Assembly: GCA_028826165.1 (NCBI GenBank)
Contig: JAPDFW010000065.1
Location: 248,001 to 312,000, forward strand
Length of the DNA stretch: 64,000 bases
Reading direction: 5' to 3'
Source: Anaeramoeba ignava BMAN
Lineage: Eukaryota > Protista > Anaeramoebae
Part shown: positions 11,511 to 26,200 of the stretch, in pieces
Position numbering within the stretch: position 1 is the first letter of the stretch
Layout: each line of letters starts with the position of its first letter
The notes under the pieces: generated by a model
Databases searched by the model: none
The model's input: only the letters and a program-made list of their open reading frames with translations
Told to the model about the DNA's origin: nothing
Translations under genes and position numbers: made by a program

Positions 11511-13858
11511 ATGAATGAAAATCAAAGAAGAAATCAAGTATTAGAAAGATAAAGCTAATTAATCGAACATGAACGAATGGAAGATCGAGTAAAAGATCAA
11601 CGAAAAGAAGTAAATAAACAAAACAACGAATATGAAAAAAGCGAAAGAGATTTAAAGAATCTCCAGAGCGTGGGGCAGATAATTGGGCATGTGCTGCGGC
11701 GACTTGACGAGGATAGATATATAGTAAAGTCATCCACTGGGCCGCGGTATGTTGTGGGGTGTCGTAACCGCGTAGACAAAAGCGAACTTGAACTGGGAAC
11801 ACGCGTTGCGCTCGATATGATGACTATGACAATCATGCGTCCACTACCCCGGGAAGTAGACCCGTTTGTTTTTAAAATGCTCCATGAAGATCCTGGTCAG
11901 ATTAAATATTCAGACGTCGGTGGTCTTTCTTCTCAAATTAGAGAACTTAGAGAAGTTGTTGAGTTGCCTTTGAAAAATCCTGAAATTTTCGATAGAGTCG
12001 GTATTTTACCCCCTAAAGGTGTTCTTTTATATGGTCCTCCTGGTACTGGAAAGGTATTTTTTGTTTCCAAAATAAAATTTATAACAAAATTTATAACAAA
12101 ATTTATAATTAAATTTATAACAAAATTTATAACAAAATTTATAACAAAATTTATAATTAAATTTATAACAAAATTTATAAATAAATTTATAATTAAATTT
12201 ATAACAAAATTTATAAATAAATTTATAATTAAATTTATAACAAAATTTATAATTAAATTTATAACAAAATTTATAATTAAATTTATAACAAAATTTATAA
12301 TTAAATTTATAACAAAATTTATAACAAAATTTATAATTAAATTTATAATTAAATTTATAATTAAATTTGTAATTAAATTTATAATTAAATTTATAAATAA
12401 ATTTATAATTAAATTTATAACTAAATTTATAATTAAATTTATAATTAAATTTATAATTAAATTTATAATTAAATTTATAATTAAATTTATAATTAAATTT
12501 ATAATTAAATTTATAATTAAATTTATAATTAAATTTATAATTAAATTTATAATTAAATTTATAAAAATTCATAATTAAATTTATAACAAAATTTATAATT
12601 AAATTCATAATTAAATTTATAATTAAATTTATAACAAAATTTATAACAAAATTTATAATTAAATTTATAATTAAATTTATAATTAAATTTATAATTAAAT
12701 TTATAATTAAATTTATAAATAAATTTATAATTAAATTTATAACTAAATTTATAATTAAAATTTATAATTAAATTTATAATTAAATTTATAATTAAATTTA
12801 TAATTAAATTTATAATTAAATTTATAAAAATTCATAATTAAATTTATAACAAAATTTATAATTAAATTTATAATTAAATTTATAATTAAATTTATAACAA
12901 AATTTATAATTAAAATTCAAAACAAAATTTATAATTAAATTTATAACAAAATTTATAACAAAATTTATAATAAAATTCATAATTAAATTTATAATAAAAT
13001 TTATAATAAAATTTATAATTAAATTTATAATTAAATTCAAATAAAGTTTATAATTAAATTCAAATCAAAATTTATAATTAAATTTATAATTAAATTTATA
13101 ATTAAATTTAAATAAAAATTTATATAAAAATTCAAAAATTTAAATAAAAATTTATATAAAAATTCATAAAAATTTATATAAAAAATTTAAATAAAAATTT
13201 ATATAAAAATTTATATAAAATATAAAAGACACTACTCGCAAGAGCAGTAGCAAATCAAATCGAAGCAAACTTTCTCAAAGTAGTATCAAGCTCCATAGTA
13301 GATAAATACATAGGAGAAAGTTCACGAATGATAAGAGAAATGTTTGCATACGCACGAGATCATCAACCATGTGTAATATTTATGGATGAAATCGATGCAA
13401 TAGGAGGAAAAAGATACTCAGATGGATCATCATCAGATCGAGAAATCCAAAGAACATTGATGGAATTACTAAATCAACTTGACGGATTTACTAAATTGGA
13501 AAGAGTGAAAATAATCATGGCAACAAATCGACCAGACGTTTTAGATCCAGCTTTATTACGCCCAGGAAGATTAGATAGGAAAATTGAAATTCCGTTACCA
13601 AACGAACAAGGAAGACTTGAAATATTGAAAATTCATGCTTCTGTTCTTAATAAGCATGGAGAAATTGATTATGAGGCTGTTGTTCGTTTGACTGATGGTT
13701 TTAATGGCGCTGACTTGAGAAATGTTTGCACTGAAGCTGGTATGTTCGCTTTAAGAGATGATAGAGACTACGCTATTCAAGAAGATTTTATGAAAGCTGC
13801 AAGAAAGATTAGTGATGTTAAAGGTCTTGAAACTAAACTTGAATATTCCAAATTATAA
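11511..13858 (+). CDS. RPT4: 26S proteasome regulatory ATPase Rpt4; exons 11511-12053, 13229-13858
   Basis: [35 protein letters not shown], Walker A GPPGTGK|T, Walker [40 protein letters not shown]-terminal LEYSKL. Intron GT12054..AG13228 restores [10 protein letters not shown]. The 5' end has 2 in-frame TAA, probably from small deletions. Confidence 0.96.
12075..13220. repeat. 12-bp minisatellite (aaatttataatt/aaatttataaca)n filling the Rpt4 intron
   Basis: Direct inspection. It generates the spurious KFIT/KFII and YKFN ORFs. Confidence 0.92.
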
Positions 13859-13954
13859 TCTTCTTTTTCTTTTTTTCTTTCAAAAAAAAAAAACTTTAAA
13901 ACAAATTATAAAACCTTTTCCAAATTAAATTTTTTAATTTTTTAATTTTAAATT

Positions 13955-16900
13955 TTAAATGAAAAATTTTGAATTCTTATTTAATTGATAAAAATCTTTT
14001 AATTCTTCAACTTCTTCAATAATTTTGGAATTAAATTCATTTTCTTTAAATTTATCATGATAAAGAAAATAAATTAATTGTTGAATTGATTCATTGGATT
14101 TTCTTGAATAATCATGAACTTGATTTGATGAATCTGAAACACTTAAAAACATTCCTTTAAATAATTCACTTCTTGTGAATAATATTAATTTATGAACTTT
14201 AATTTCTTTTTCTTCTGAAATTATTATTTTAAAATCTTTTGTTTCATTTTGTTGATATAATTTTGATAAATCATTTATTATTCCTTTTCTTCTTTTTTTA
14301 TTTTCAATTTCAATTCCAATTTCTTTAAAAAATTCTTTTATTTTATTTTCATTTTCTTCAATTTCTTTTAATATTCTTTTTTCTTCTTCAAATTCTCTTC
14401 CCCAAAAATATCGATTTCGATTTTGGTTTTCATTTTCTTTTAAATTTTTATTCATTTGTTGATTTAATATTTCAATAATGTTTTCAAAATCAGGAAATCC
14501 AGTATAAATGAAATTAATAATAAATTTAATTTCTTCTTTGGTTTTGTGATAACAATTATCAATAAATTTTTGTAAAATTGAATTATTATTATCAAATCTT
14601 GTTAATAAAATTAATTTATGAATTTTAAATTTAAATCCATCAATTGATTTAATTGTGAAATCTGAAAAATTATCTTTTGAATTTAATAAATTGTTTAAAT
14701 CATGATTAAGTGAATAAATTTGAATAAATGAATCAATAAATTCTTTTTTAATTTCATTTTCTTGTAAATCGTAAATATCTACTTCATTTTGTAATAAAAT
14801 TTGAATTGTTTTTTCATTGGAATTTTTGATTGAAATTGAAAGAGCAGTTTCATTTTGATTTGATTTAGCATTAATATCAATTCCTTTGGAGATTAATAAT
14901 TTAATAATTTCAAAAGATGAATTACTTCTGCATGCAAAATGTAAAGCAGTTTCGTTTTGATTTGTTTTAGCATTAATATCAATTCCTTTAGAAATCAATA
15001 ATTTAATAATACTTATTGATGAATTACTTTGACAAGCAAAATGTAAAACAGTTTCATTTTGATCTGTTTTGATATTAATATCAGCTCCATTGGAAATTAA
15101 ATATTCAAAAATTTCTAATGGTGAATTGTATTGGCAAGAATAATGTAAAGGTGTTTGACCATAAGTTGTTTTTTCATTAATATCAATTCCTTTGGAAATC
15201 AAATACTTGATAACTTCTAGAGATGGGTTATTTCTACAAGAATAATGTAAAATAGTCTCATTTTGATTTGTTTTTATATTAATATCAGCTCCTTTTTCAA
15301 CTAAATATTCAATCATTTCTATTGATGGATTGTTTTGACATACATAATGTAAAACTGTTTGATTTTGATTTGTTTTGGCATTAATATCAATTCCTTTGGA
15401 AATCAAATATTCAATTGTTTCTAATGATGGATGATATTGAGAAAGTATGTGTAAAATTGTTTGATTTTGATCTGTTTTTGCATTAATATCAGCTCCTTTG
15501 GAAATAAGATATTTGATAATTTCGATTGAGGAATTGTAATTACAAGCATAATATAAAGCTGTTTGACCATAAGTTGTTTTTGCATTAATATCAATTCCTT
15601 TGGAAATTAATAATTCAATAATTTCTATTGATGGATTGTATTGACATGCAAAATGTAAAGCTGTTTCATTTTGATTTGTTTTTTCATCAATATCAACTCC
15701 TTTTTCAATCAAATATTCAACAATTTCTAATGATGGATTGTATTGACAAACATAATGTAAAATTGTTTGATTTTGATTTGTTTTGGCATTAATATCAGCT
15801 CCTTTTTCAACAAGATATTGAATAATATCAAGAGATGGATTGTTTTGACAAATATAATGTAAAGCTGTTTGATTTTGATCTGTTCTTGCATTAATATCAA
15901 TTCCTTTGGAAATTAAATATTCAATAATTGGTATTGATGGATTGTATTGGCAAACTAAATGTAAAGCAGTTTGATTTTGATTTGTTCTGGCATTAATATC
16001 AATTCCTTTTTCAACAAAATATTCAATAATTTGTATTGATGGGTTGTAATTACAAGCAAAATGTAAAATTGTTTGATTTTGATTTGTTTTGGCATTAATA
16101 TCAGCTCCTTTGGAAATTAAATATTTAATAATTTCAAGTGATGGATTGTTTCTACATATATAATGTAAAGGTGTTTCGTTTTGGTCTGTTTTGGAATTAA
16201 TATCAGCTCCTTTGGAAATTAAATATTCAATAACTTCAATTGATGGGCTTGATTGACATGCGAAATGTAAAGCACTTTGATTGTAATTTGTTTTAGCATT
16301 AATATCAGCTCCTTCAGAAATTAATAATTCTAATATTTGAAGAGAAGGATTTGATTGGCATGCAAAATGTAAAGGTGTTTGACCATAATTTGTTTTGGAA
16401 TTAACATCAATCCCTTTGGAAATTAAATAATCAACAATTTCTATTGATGGATTGGATTGACATGCAAAATGTAAAGGTGTTTCGTTTTGATTTGTTTTGG
16501 CATGAATATCAATTCCTTTGGAAATTAAATATTCAATAACTTCAAATGATGAATTAGATTGACAAGCAAAATGTAAAGCAGTTTGGCTTTGATTTGTTTT
16601 GGCATTAATATCAACTCCTTTGGAAATTAAATATTTGATAATATCAATTGATGGATTTGATTGACAAATATAATGTAAAACTGTTTGATCATAATTTGTT
16701 TTGGAATTAATATCAACTCCTTTGGAAATTAAATATTCAATAAGTTCTAATGATGAATTATATTGGCATGCTAAATGTAAAGGTGTTTCATTTTGATTTG
16801 TTTTTGAATTAATATCAATTCCTTTAGAAATTAAATATTCAATAATTTCAAGTGATGTATTATATTGACATGCTAAATGTAAAACTGTTTGATTTTGATT

Positions 16901-18797
16901 TGATTTGGAATTAATATCAGCTCCTTTGGAAATTAGATATTCAATAATTTCTATTGATGGATTGTATTGACAAGCAAAATGTAAAGCAGTTTGACCATAA
17001 TTTGTTTTGGTATTAATATCAACTCCTTTTTCAACAAGATATTTAATAATTTCAAGAGATTTGTTATTTTGACAAGCAGAATGTAAAACTGTTTGATTTT
17101 GATTTGTTTTGGCATTAATATCAATTCCTTTTTCAATTAGATATTCAATAGCTTCAAGTGATTTATTATTTTGACAAGCAGAATGTAAAATTGTTTCATT
17201 TTGATCTGTTTTGAAATTAATATCAGCTCCTTTGGAAATTAAATATTCAATAACTTCTTTTGAATTTTTTTGACAAACATAATATAAAGCAGTTTGACCA
17301 TAACTTGTTTTTGCATTAATATCAATTCCTTTAGAAATCAAATATTTAATAATTTCAAAAGGTGAATTATTTTGGCAAGCAGTGTGTAAAACTGTTTCAT
17401 TTTGATCTGTTTTTGTCTTAATATCAATTCCTTTAGAAACTAAATATTCAACAACTTCGAGAGATGAAATGTTTCTATGTTGGAAAATAAAATGTATAAC
17501 TGTTTGATTATAATTTGTTTTGGCATTAATATCAACTCCTTTTTCAACTAATAATTTGATAATTTCAAGTGATGATCTAAAGTGGCAAGCATAATGTAAA
17601 ACAGTTTCATTTTGTTTTGTTTTTGATTTAATATTAATTCCTTTTTCAATAAAATATTTGATAACTTCTATTGAATTCTTTTGACATGCAAAATGTAATA
17701 TTGTTTCATTTTGATCTGTTTTGGCATTAAGATCAGCTCCTTTGGAAATCAAATATTCAATAACTTCAATTGAATTATTTTGACAAGCATAATGTAAAGC
17801 AGTTTGATTTTGATTTGTTTTTTCATTAATATCAATTCCTTTTTCAACAAGATATTTAATCATTTCAATAGAATTATTTTTGTTTTGGCATATAAAATGT
17901 AAAACTGTTTCATTTTGATTTGTTTTTGCTTTAATATCTGCTTCTTTGGAAATTAAATATTCAATAACTTCTATTGAATTCTTTTGGCATGAATAATGTA
18001 AAACATTCTCATTTTGATTTGTTTTTGCATTAATATTAATTCCTTTTGAAATTAAATATTTAATAACTTGAATTGAATTCTTTCTGACATGCATAATGTA
18101 AAACTGTTTCATTTTGATTTGTTTTTTCATTAATATCAATTCCTTTTGAAATTAAATATTCAATAACTTGAATTGAATTTGATTGACAAGCAAAATGTAA
18201 AATATTTTGTTTTTGCCTTGTTTTTGATTTAATATCAATTCCTTTTGAAATCAAATATTCAATAACTTCAATTGAATTTGATTGACAAGCAAAATGTAAA
18301 ACAGTTTCATTTTGATATGTTTTTTCTTTAATATCAATTCCTTTGGAAATTAAATGTTCAATAACTTGAATTGAATTTGATTGGCAAGCAAAATGTAAAG
18401 CAGTTTGACCATAACTTGTTTTTTCATTAATATCAATTCCTTTAGAAATTAAATATTCAATAACTTGAATTGAATTTGATTGACAAGCAAAATGTAAAGC
18501 AGTTTCATTTTGGTTTGTTTTTTCTTTAATATCAATTCCTTTTGAAATTAAATATTCAATAATTTCAATTTCTGATTTGTTTTTAATTGCGATATGTAAT
18601 AAATTTCTTCCTTTTATATCTTTTAAATTAATTGGAATTCCTTTTGAAATTAATATTTCAATAATTTCTTTTGAAACTTTTTTTTGAAATGAAAATTTAA
18701 TTATTTTAATTTTTTCTTTTATTTCTTTTTCTGAAATGTTTTTAATTTCTTTTAATTTAGAAATTTCTTTATTTGAAATAATTTCAAAAATATTCAT
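13955..18797 (-). CDS. Ankyrin-repeat (~38 repeats) + tandem BTB/POZ protein, copy A; one frameshift near 18085
   Basis: ORFs 18060-18797 and 13955-18139. 33-34-aa repeats TxLHFAC..SIEIIEYLISKGIDINAKT. BTB motifs FSDFTIK..FKIHKLILLTR and TKDFKII..IKVHKLILFTRSELFKGMF. Confidence 0.9.
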
Positions 18798-18886
18798 TTT
18801 CTCTTTTATTAAAAAATGAAAAATGAAAAAATGAAAAAAATTTTTTTTTTGAAATTTGTTTTAATAGTTTTTGTTTTTTTTAAATT

Positions 18887-21800
18887 TTAAATGAAAAATT
18901 TTGAATTCTTATTTAATTGATAAAAATCTTTTAATTCTTCAAATTCTTCAATAATTTTGGAATTAATTTCATTTTTCTTTAAATTTATCATGATAAAGAA
19001 AATAAATTAATTGTTGAATTGATTCATTTGATTTTCTTGAATAATCATGAACTTGATTTGATGTATCTGAAACACTTAAAAACATTCCTTTAAATAATTC
19101 ACTTCTGGTAAATAATATTAATTTATGAACTTTAATTTCTTTTTCTTCTGAAATTATTATGAAATCTTTTGTTTCATTTTCTTTCATATAATTTTGATAA
19201 ATCATTTTATTATTCCTTTTCTTCTTTTTTTATTTTCAATTTCAATTCCAATTTCTTTAAAAAATTCTTTTATTTTATTTTCATTTTCTTCAATTTCTTT
19301 TAATATTCTTTTTTCTTCATTAAATTCTCTTCCTCCCCAATAAAATTGGTTTTCGTTTTCATTTAAATTTTGATTTAAATTTTTATTCATTTGTTGATTT
19401 AATATTTCAATAATTTTTTCAAAATCAGGAAATCCAGTATAAATGAAATTAATAATAAATTTAATTTCTTCTTTGGTTTTTTGATAACAATTATCAATAA
19501 ATTTTTGTAAAATTAAATTATTATTATCAAATCTTGTTAATAAAATTAATTTATGAACTTTTAAATTTAAATCCATCAATTGATTTAATTTCTAAATCTG
19601 AAAAATTATCTTTTGAATTTAATAAATTGTTGAAATCATGATTAAGTGAATAAATTTGAATAAATGAATCAATAAATTCTTTTTTAATTTCATTTTCTTG
19701 TAAATCATAAATATCTACTTCATTTTTGTAATAAAATTTTAACTATATTAAAATTATTTTTGAATTGAAATTGAAAGAGCAGTTTCATTTTGATTTGATT
19801 TAACATTAATATCAATTCCTTTGGAAATTAAATATTCAATAATTTCTAAAGCAGTATTTCTACAGGCATAATGTAAAGGTGTTTTATTTTGATTTGTTTT
19901 GGCATTAATATCAATTCCTTTTTCAATAAAATATTTAATAACTTCAAGAGATGAATTACTTTGACAAGCAAAATGTAAAACATTTTCGTTTTGATTTGTT
20001 TTGGCATTAATATCAATTCCTTTAGAAATTAAATATTCAATAGTTTGAAGATTAGTTTTTTTATTTTGACAAACTAAATGTAAAACTGTTTCATTTTCAT
20101 TTGTTTTGGCATTAATATCAATTCCTTTTTCAACAAGATATTTAATAAGTTGAATTAATGGATTAAATTGGCAAATCAAATGTAAAACTGTTTGATTTTG
20201 ATCTGTTTTAGCATTAATATCAGCTGCTTTGGAAATTAGATATTCAATTGTTTCTATTGAGGAATTATATTGACAAGCTAAATGTAAAGCTGTTTGATTT
20301 CGATTTGTTGTTTCATTAATATCAATTCCTTTTTCAATAAGATATTTAATTACTTCAATTGATGAATTTCTTTGACAAGCATAATGTAAAGCAGTTTGAT
20401 TTCGATTTGTTTTTGCATTAATATCAATTCCTTTTTCAACAAGAAATTTAATAATTTCTATTGATGGATGGTATTGACAAGCTAAATGTAAAGCAGTTTG
20501 ATCTTGATCTGTTTTGGTATTAATATCAATTCCTTTTTCAACAAGATATTTAATAACTTCAAAAGATGAATTTCTTCTGCAAGCAAAATGTAAAACTGTT
20601 TGGTTTTGATTTGTTTTTGCATTAATATCAATTCCTTTTTCAATAAGATATTCAATAACTTGAAAAGATGGATTATGTTGACAAATTAAATGTAAAACTG
20701 TTTCATTATTGTTTGTTTTTTCATTAATATCAATTCCTTTTTCAATAAGATATTTAATAACTTCAAAAGAAGAATTTGATTGACAAGCATAATGTAAAGC
20801 ATTTTTATTCCAGTTTGATTTAGCATTAATATCAACTCCTTTTTCAATAAGATGTTTAATAACCTCAAAAGATGAATTTCTTCTACAAACATAATGTAAA
20901 GCAGTTTCATTTTGATTTGTTTTAGCATTGATATCAATTCCTTTTTCAAGAAGATATTTAATAACTTCAAAAGATGAATTTGATTGACAAGCTAAATGTA
21001 AAGCAGTTTGATCATAAGTTGTTTTGGCATTAATATCAATCCCTTTTTCAACAAGAAATTTGATAATTTCAAGTGTTGGATTGTATTGGCAAGCAAAATG
21101 TAAAATTGTTTGATTTTTATTTGTTTTGGCATTAATATCAATTCCTTTTTCAACAAGATATTCAATAACTTCTATTGAGAAATTAGATTGACAAGCTAAG
21201 TGTAAAGCTGTTTCGCCATAAGTTGTTTTAGCATAAACATCAGCTCCTTGATTAATAAGATATTCAATAACTTCAATTGATGAATTTGATTGACAAGCAT
21301 AATGTAAAGGTGTTTCTTTTTCATTTGTTTTAGCATTAATATCAATTCCTTTTTCAACAAGATATTCAATAACTTCAAAAGATGAATTTGATTGACAAGC
21401 AAAATGTAAAGAATTTTGACCATAATTTGTTTTTTCGTTAATATCAATCCCTTTAGAAATTAAGTAATCAATAATTTCAATTGATGAATTTCTTTGACAA
21501 GCATAATGTAAAACTGTTTCATTTTGATTTGTTTTGGCATTAATATCAATTCCTTTTTCAACAAGGTATTCAATAATTTCAATTGATGAATTAGATTGAC
21601 AAGCATAATGTAAAGCAGTTTGACCATGAGTTGTTTTTGCATTAATATTAATTCCTTTTTCAACAAAATATTTGATAACTTCAAGAGATGGATTTATTTG
21701 ACAAGCAAAATGTAAAACTGTTTGACCATAATTTGTTTTTTCGTTAATATCAATTCCTTTTTCAACAAAATATTTGATAATTTCTAGCGAATTTGATTCA

Positions 21801-23215
21801 CAAGCAAAATGTAAAACTGTTTGACCTTGGTTTGTTTTTTCTTTAATATCAATTCCTTTTTCAACAAGATATTTAATAATTTCAAGTGATGAATTATATT
21901 GGCAAGCAAAATGTAAAGCATTTTGATTTTGTTTTGTTTTAGCATTTATATTAATTCCTTTTTCAACAAGATATTTAATAACTTCAAGAGATGGATTTAT
22001 TTGACAAGCAAAATGTAAAGCATTTTTGTTTAGATTTGTTTTTTCATTAATATCAATTCCTTTTTCAACAAGATATTTGATAACTTGAATTGATGAATTA
22101 TATTGGCAAGCAAAATGTAAAACATTTTGATTTTGTTTTGTTTTAGCATTTATATTAATTCCTTTGGAAATAAGAAAGTTGATAACTTGAATAGATGAAT
22201 TATATTGGCAAGCAAAATGTAAAGCATTTTGATTTTGTTTTGTTTTAGCATTTATATCAATTCCTTTTTCAACAAGAAAGTTGATAACTTCTAATGAATT
22301 CTTTTGACATGCATAATGTAAAACAGTTTCATTTTGATTTGTTTTTGATTTAATATCAATTCCTTTTTCAATAAGATATTTAATAACTTCAGATGAATTT
22401 CTTTGGCAAGCTAAATGTAAAACTGTTTGATTTTGATTTGTTTTTGATTTAATATCAATTCCTTTGGAAATTAAATATTCAATAACTTGAATTGAATTTG
22501 ATTGGCAAGCTAAATGTAAAACTGTTTGGTTTAATCTAGTTATTGCATTTATATCAATTCCTTTTTCAATAAGATATTTAATAACTTTTAATGAATTGTT
22601 TTGGCAAGCAAAATGTAAAACAGTTTGATTTTGATATGTTTTTGATTTAATATCAATTCCTTTGGAAATTAAATATTCAATAACTTCAATTGAATTCTTT
22701 TTACAAGCAAAATGTAAAGCAGTTTCATTTTGGTTTGTTTTTTCATTAATATCAATTCCTTTGGAAATCAAATATTCAATAACTTCAATTGAATTCTTTT
22801 TACATGCAAAATGTAATACAGTTTCATTTTGATATGTTTTTGCATTAATATCAATTCCTTTAGAAATTAAATATTCAATAACTTCAATTGAATTCTTTTG
22901 ACATGCAAAATGTAATACATTTTGATTTTGATTTGTTTTCTCTTTAATATCAATTCCTTTTGAAATTAAATATTCAATAATTTCAATTTCTGATTTGTTT
23001 TTAATTGCAATATGTAATAAATTTCTTCCTTTTATATCTTTTAAATTAATTGGAATTCCTTTTGAAATTAATATTTCAATAATTTCTTTTGAAACTTTTT
23101 TTTGAAATGAAAATTTAATTATTTTAATTTTTTCTTTTATTTCTTTTTCTGAAATGTTTTTAATTTCTTTTAATTTAGAAATTTCTTTATTTGAAATAAT
23201 TTCAAAAATATTCAT
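18887..23215 (-). CDS. Ankyrin-repeat (~33) + tandem BTB protein, copy B; frameshifts in the BTB region
   Basis: ORF 19754-23215 plus fragments 19202-19579 and 18969-19205. Stop at 18887 by alignment with copy A. Confidence 0.85.
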
Positions 23216-23299
23216 TTTTCTTTTTATTAAAAAAATGAAAAATGAAAAATGAAAAAATTTTTTTTTGAAATTTGTTTTAATAGTTTTTGTTTTTAAATT

Positions 23300-26200
23300 T
23301 TAAATGAAAAATTTTGAATTCTTATTTAATTGATAAAAATCTTTTAATTCTTCAAATTCTTCAATAATTTTGGAATTAAATTCATTTTCTTCAAATTTAT
23401 CATGATAAAGAAAATAAATTAATTGTTGAATTGATTCATTGGATTTTCTTGAATAATCATGAACTTGATTTGATGTATCTGAAACACTTAAAAACATTCC
23501 TTTAAATAATTCACTTCTGGTAAATAATATTAATTTATGAACTTTAATTTCTTTTTCTTCTGAAATTATTATAAAATCTTTTGTTTCATTTTCTTTATAT
23601 AATTTTGATAAATCTTTTATTATTCCTTTTCTTCTTTTTTTATTTTCAATTTCAATTCCAATTTCTTTAAAAAATTCTTTTATTTTATTTTCATTTTCTT
23701 CAATTTCTTTTAATATTCTTTTTTCTTCTTCAAATTCTCTTACTCCCCAATAGTATTGATTCGCGTTTTCTTTTAAATTTTTATTCATTTGTTGATTTAA
23801 TATTTCAATAATTTTTTCAAAATCAGGAAATCCAGTATAAATGAAATTAATAATAAATTTAATTTCTTCTTTGGTTTTGTGATAACAATTATCAATAAAT
23901 TTTTGTAAAATTAAATTATTATTATCAAATCTTGTTAATAAAATTAATTTATGAACTTTAAATTTAAATCCATCAATTGATTTAATTTCTAAATCTGAAA
24001 AATTATCTTCTGAATTTAATAAATTGTTAAAATCATGATTAAGTGAATAAATTTGAATAAATGAATCAATAAATTCTTTTTTAATTTCATTTTCTTGTAA
24101 ATCATAAATATCTACTTCATTTTGTAATAAAATTTGAATTATTTTTTCATTGGAATTTTTGATTGAAATTGAAAGAGCAGTTTCATTTTGATTTGTTTTA
24201 ACATTAATATCAATTCCTTTGGAAATTAAATATTCAATAATTTCAAAAGATGAATTACTTCTGCATGCAAAATGTAAAACAGTTTCATTTTGATTTGTTT
24301 TTGCATTAATATCAATTCCTTTGGAAATCAATAATTTAATAATACTTATTGATGAATTACTTAAACAAACATAATGTAAAACAGTTTCATTTTGAATTGT
24401 TTTGGCATTAATATCAGCTCCTTTTTAAATCAAATATTCGATAACTTCAATTGGTAAATTATTTTGACAAGCATAATGTAAAATAGATATTTTTTGGTTT
24501 GTTTTGGAATTGATATCAACTCCTTTTTCAACAAGATATTTAATAATATCAGGAGATATCTTTCTTCGGCAAGCATAATGCAGAACAGAATCGTTGTGGT
24601 TTCCTTTGGAATGAACATCAGCTCCTTTTTCAATTAAATATTCAATTGTTTCAAGTGTTGGATTGTTTTGGAATGATAAATGTAAAACAGTTTCATTGTG
24701 ACTTGTTTTAGCATTAATATCAATTCCTTTTTCAATAAGATATTTAATCATATCAAATGGTTTATAGGTTAGAAAGAGTAAATGTAAAGCTGTCTGGTTT
24801 TGATATGTTTTTGCATTAATATCAACTCCTTCTTCAACTAAGCACTTAATAATTTCAAGAGAGGAATTTGATTGGCAAGCTATATGTAAAGCAGTTTCAT
24901 TTTGATTTGTTTTTGCATTGATATCAATTCCTTTGGAAATTAGATACTCAATAATATCTCTTGTTGTTTTTTGCTGGCAAATCAAATGAAGAACTGTATA
25001 TCCATAACTTATTTTCGCGTTAATATCAATTCCTTTTTCAACAAGATATTTGATAGTTTCAAGTGAAGGATTATTTTTCGAAACTAAGTGTAGAATATTT
25101 GCATTGTCATTTGTTTTCTCATTAATATCAGCTCCTTTGGAAATTAAATATTCAATCACTTCTCTCGATGAATTAAATTGATATGCTGTATGCAAAGCTG
25201 TATGGCCACGATTTGTTTTAGCATTGATATCAGCTCCTTCTTCAACAAGAAATTTAATGATTTCAATCGAACTACTTATGCAAGCATAATGTAAAGGTGT
25301 TTCCCCATAATTTGTTTGGGAATGAATATCAATTCCTTGCGAAATTAGATACTTAATAATTTCGAGAGATGGATTGTATCGGCAAGCAAAATGTAAAACT
25401 GTTTCATTCATTCCTGAGGTTGCATTAATATCAGCTCCTTTTTTAATAAGATATTGAATAGTTTCAACTGATGGATTTCTTTGGCAAGCCAAATGTAAAA
25501 CTGTTTCATTTTGGTTTGCTTTGGCATTAATATCAGCTCCTTTGGAAATGAAGTATTCAATAACTTCAAGAGATGGATTATTGTTTCGATGCAAATAATG
25601 TAAAGCTGTCTGATCACGATCTGTTTTTGCATTAATATCAGCTCCTTTGGAAATTAATAGTTTTATAATCTCAAATACTGATTGATTTTGACAAAGTAAA
25701 TGTAAAGGTGTGTGAGTATAAATTGTTTTGGCATTAATATCAGCTCCTTTGGAAATTAAATATTCAATAATTTCGAGTGATGGATTGTTTTCGCACGCAT
25801 AATGTAAAGCTGTTTGATTCCATATTGATTTAGCATTGACATCAATTCCTTCGTAAATCAAATAATCAATCACTTCTATTGATGGTATATTTCTACATGC
25901 AAAATGTAAAACAGTTTCATTTTGATTTGTTTTCTCTTTAATATCAGCACCTTTTTCAATCAAATAGTCAATAATTTCAATTGAATTCTTGTAGCAAGCA
26001 AAATGTAAAGCTGTTTGATTGGAATTTGTTTTTGCATTAATATCAATTCCTTTTGAAATTAGATATTTGATAAATTCAAGAGATGCTTTAGATTGGCAAG
26101 CAAAATGTAAAACAGTTTCATTTTGATTTGTTTTTGCTTTAATATTAATTCCTTTGGAAATTAAATATTCAATAACTTCTATTGATGGTGTGCTTTTACA

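Noticed and set aside
11550-11558. Two in-frame TAA codons near the Rpt4 start, suggesting TAA reassignment (as in hexamitids or ciliates)
   Set aside because: TAA terminates most genes here. Restoring 'ta' and 'a' gives LERYKAKLIEH, which matches the conserved LQDYRKKLLEH, so small deletion errors are the simpler explanation.
12054-13228. Insertion exactly at Walker A GK|T, with the read-through ORF ending in 'HN', reminiscent of an intein
   Set aside because: It has GT..AG ends, consists of minisatellite, contains stops, lacks an N-terminal Cys/Ser and has no Hint or endonuclease motifs. It is a spliceosomal intron.
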